Source: Brevibacterium luteolum (lineage in GTDB: Bacteria > Actinomycetota > Actinomycetes > Actinomycetales > Brevibacteriaceae). Taken from it: a stretch of DNA of 64,000 nucleotides. Of this stretch, positions 62,166 to 64,000 are shown in pieces (position 1 is the first letter of the stretch; every line of letters begins with the position of its first letter). The position numbers and the translations under genes are program-made. Below the pieces are notes generated by a model. That model did no database searches. It was not told the origin of the DNA and saw nothing but the letters and a program-made list of their open reading frames with translations. The stretch is taken from assembly GCF_013004595.1 (NCBI RefSeq), contig NZ_JABEMC010000005.1, positions 186,001-250,000 on the forward strand. The letters run 5' to 3'.

Positions 62166-62217
62166 TGTCAACGACGGCTGAATTTTGACCCCTTAGCGAC
62201 GGCTGAATTTTGACCCC
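62166..62217. mobile_element. IS21-family-type terminal inverted repeat with two internal transposase-binding repeats
   Basis: Begins TGTCAACGACGG; CGACGGCTGAATTTTGACCCC repeated exactly at 62172 and 62197, an architecture like IS21/IS100 ends. Confidence 0.75.
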
Positions 62218-62240
62218 CTGTTGTTGTGGTTGTGTTGGTT

Positions 62241-62810
62241 TCAGTCGTTTTCGGTTAGTAGTTCGCGGCGTGTTTTGGTGCGGTAGGTCGCCACATGGAC
62301 GCGGTTGGCGCAGTTGCGCAGGTCGCAGAATCGCTTCGACTTGTTCTTTGTCAGATCAGCGAGCGCCGCGGTGCAGTCGTCCGCCGCACAGGTGCGGAGA
62401 CGTCCCAGGTCGCCTGAGCGGATCAGGTCGGTCAGCACCAGTGCAATGTCAGAGGCGACGCGCTCGCCCAGAGGAGCGGCGTTCCCCGCTGCGTGCAGAT
62501 GCCAATCCCACTCGTCGTGACGCACAAGTTGCGGGAACGTGCGGATCTCTCGGAATGTCGCGTTGATCGCGTCGACCACCGCGGTCACATCATCGTCTAG
62601 AACGACTCGGAAGCGCTCACGCATTGTCGCTACCGCAGCGACATCGAACGCTGAGGCCTCCAACGACCCGGTGAAGTCATGCACAGTGACGAAGCGCTCC
62701 AGTTCCTCCGGTGCGGCGAGCCGATCGTCCGGGCCCCTCACTCCGGGCCCGGTGTTCAACAGATCGACCAGCATGGACAGGTTCGCCCGAACATCGTGAC
62801 TGAAGCGCAT
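62241..62810 (-). CDS. CGNR zinc finger / ABATE domain regulator
   Basis: C-AADD-C...DLTKNKSKRFC-DLRN-CANRVHVATYR. Confidence 0.9.
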   Translation of the reverse strand: MRFSHDVRANLSMLVDLLNTGPGVRGPDDRLAAPEELERFVTVHDFTGSLEASAFDVAAVATMRERFRVVLDDDVTAVVDAINATFREIRTFPQLVRHDEWDWHLHAAGNAAPLGERVASDIALVLTDLIRSGDLGRLRTCAADDCTAALADLTKNKSKRFCDLRNCANRVHVATYRTKTRRELLTEND

Positions 62811-62916
62811 ACCTCTATGTTACCCGAGTGAGACCGGAGGCTACCAGCTTATAGACAGTGTTTTTACGGCTTCTGATAGAATACAAACAGTGTCTATCAG
62901 TTAATAGTCACTGTCT

Positions 62917-63972
62917 ATGTCAGCTCGAAGGGATGGTTCTGTGCACTATCGCGTGGTGGCTGGGTTCGTGTTCATGCTGGCCTCGGCGTTTTTCTTCGCC
63001 GTGTCCGGCCCGGTGGCCAAGGCCCTCTACGAGATCGGCTGGACGCCCGGCTCGGTGGTGCTGACCAGGCTGACCGGCGCAGCACTGATCCTCCTGATTC
63101 CCACCCTGATCGCCCTGCGAGGGCTCTGGGGCGAGGTGCGACGCAACTGGAAGCCGATCGCTGTCTACGGCGTGGTCTCGATGGCCGGGGTGCAGGCGTT
63201 CTTCTTCCTCGCCGTTGAACACCTCAGCGTCGCCGTTGCCGTGCTGCTGGAAGTGATGGGTGCCCCGTTGATCGTGGTGTTCTGGCTGTGGGCACGCACG
63301 CGCCAGCGCCCCAGCGCGGTAACGGGCATCGGGGTCGTCATCTCGCTGATTGGTGTGGTGCTGGTGCTGGACTTCCAGAACTCGTCACTGAGCTGGTTCG
63401 GGGTCTTCATGGCCGTCGGTGCGGCAGCGTGCTTCGCGTTCTACTTCCTCATGGCCGCCAACCAGACCATCGAGATACCACCCATCGCATTCACCGGACT
63501 GGGTATGAGCGCGGGCGCGCTCGCCGCGCTCATCATCAATCTCAGTCAGGTCATGCCTGCCCAGTTTGCCAACGCCAGCGTAGACTTCGCGGGCACGCGC
63601 ATGTCCTGGTTCATTCCCGCCCTCCTGCTGGTTGTGTTCACCGTCGGGGCGTACGTCTGCGGGTTCCTCGGCCTGCGCTACCTCGGAGCCACCGTGGGAT
63701 CGTTCGTGAACCTCACCGAAGTGCCCGCCTCAGCCATTGCCGCATTCATCCTCCTCGGCGAACTCCTCACCCGGCAGCAATTCCTCGGCGGAGGCATCAT
63801 CCTCGCCGGAATCGCACTCGTCAAATGGGGTGACCTGAAGGCACAGCCGCGACAAGAGCCGCCCAAAAGAGTGACACTCCAAGAGGGCGACGCGGACACC
63901 AGCACACGCGCCACGACCGCTCCACTCACGACGCTTCCGACCCCGTCCGACAAATACCTCAACGGCTCTTAG
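62917..63972 (+). CDS. EamA/DMT family transporter
   Basis: About 10 TM helices with duplicated EamA pattern; divergent from the CGNR regulator. Confidence 0.9.
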   Translation: MSARRDGSVHYRVVAGFVFMLASAFFFAVSGPVAKALYEIGWTPGSVVLTRLTGAALILLIPTLIALRGLWGEVRRNWKPIAVYGVVSMAGVQAFFFLAVEHLSVAVAVLLEVMGAPLIVVFWLWARTRQRPSAVTGIGVVISLIGVVLVLDFQNSSLSWFGVFMAVGAAACFAFYFLMAANQTIEIPPIAFTGLGMSAGALAALIINLSQVMPAQFANASVDFAGTRMSWFIPALLLVVFTVGAYVCGFLGLRYLGATVGSFVNLTEVPASAIAAFILLGELLTRQQFLGGGIILAGIALVKWGDLKAQPRQEPPKRVTLQEGDADTSTRATTAPLTTLPTPSDKYLNGS

Positions 63973-64000
63973 CCTCGATCCACCGCTATAAGGGGCTTCG

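Larger units (their letters stand above)
60992..64000. mobile_element. Left part of a putative tRNA-Phe-integrated element; extends beyond the window
   Basis: Integrase next to the tRNA 3' end, compositional shift, IS-type terminus. Confidence 0.7.

Noticed and set aside
62140..62171. Hybrid promoter from the IS end driving the integrase
   Set aside because: An outward TTGACA exists on the minus strand, but no TANNNT -10 lies at 16-18 bp spacing.
61075..64000. Prophage
   Set aside because: No repressor, excisionase or structural phage genes within the window.

Overview
High-GC actinobacterial chromosomal DNA. Gene content and order (pepN, gabT, ygfZ, mshD-ppk1-mutT1, pstSCAB, tRNA-Glu/Asp/Phe) suggest Micrococcales, plausibly Brevibacterium; this is an inference. 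The core and metabolic genes are a phosphate/mycothiol cluster, a 5-oxoprolinase (pxp) regulon, a polar amino-acid ABC transporter, two ThDP enzymes and an amidohydrolase. Accessory DNA includes: an orphan Imm11-like gene; a decaying region after tRNA-Lys (IS1634 and peptidase E remnants, and a VanA/VanB-like Rieske operon); a methyltransferase bracketed by related AT-rich palindromes; an AAA+/DUF4143 ATPase-nuclease gene preceded by a 23-bp repeat array; and the left end of an integrase element at tRNA-Phe carrying an IS21-type terminus. The most striking unexplained signal is a 14-bp motif, CRCCTCGGGNRCGG, seen at least 26 times on both strands, in hairpins, intergenic DNA and in frame within genes. 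No CRISPR array or rRNA was seen. All family calls come from motif recognition by eye, not from database searches.
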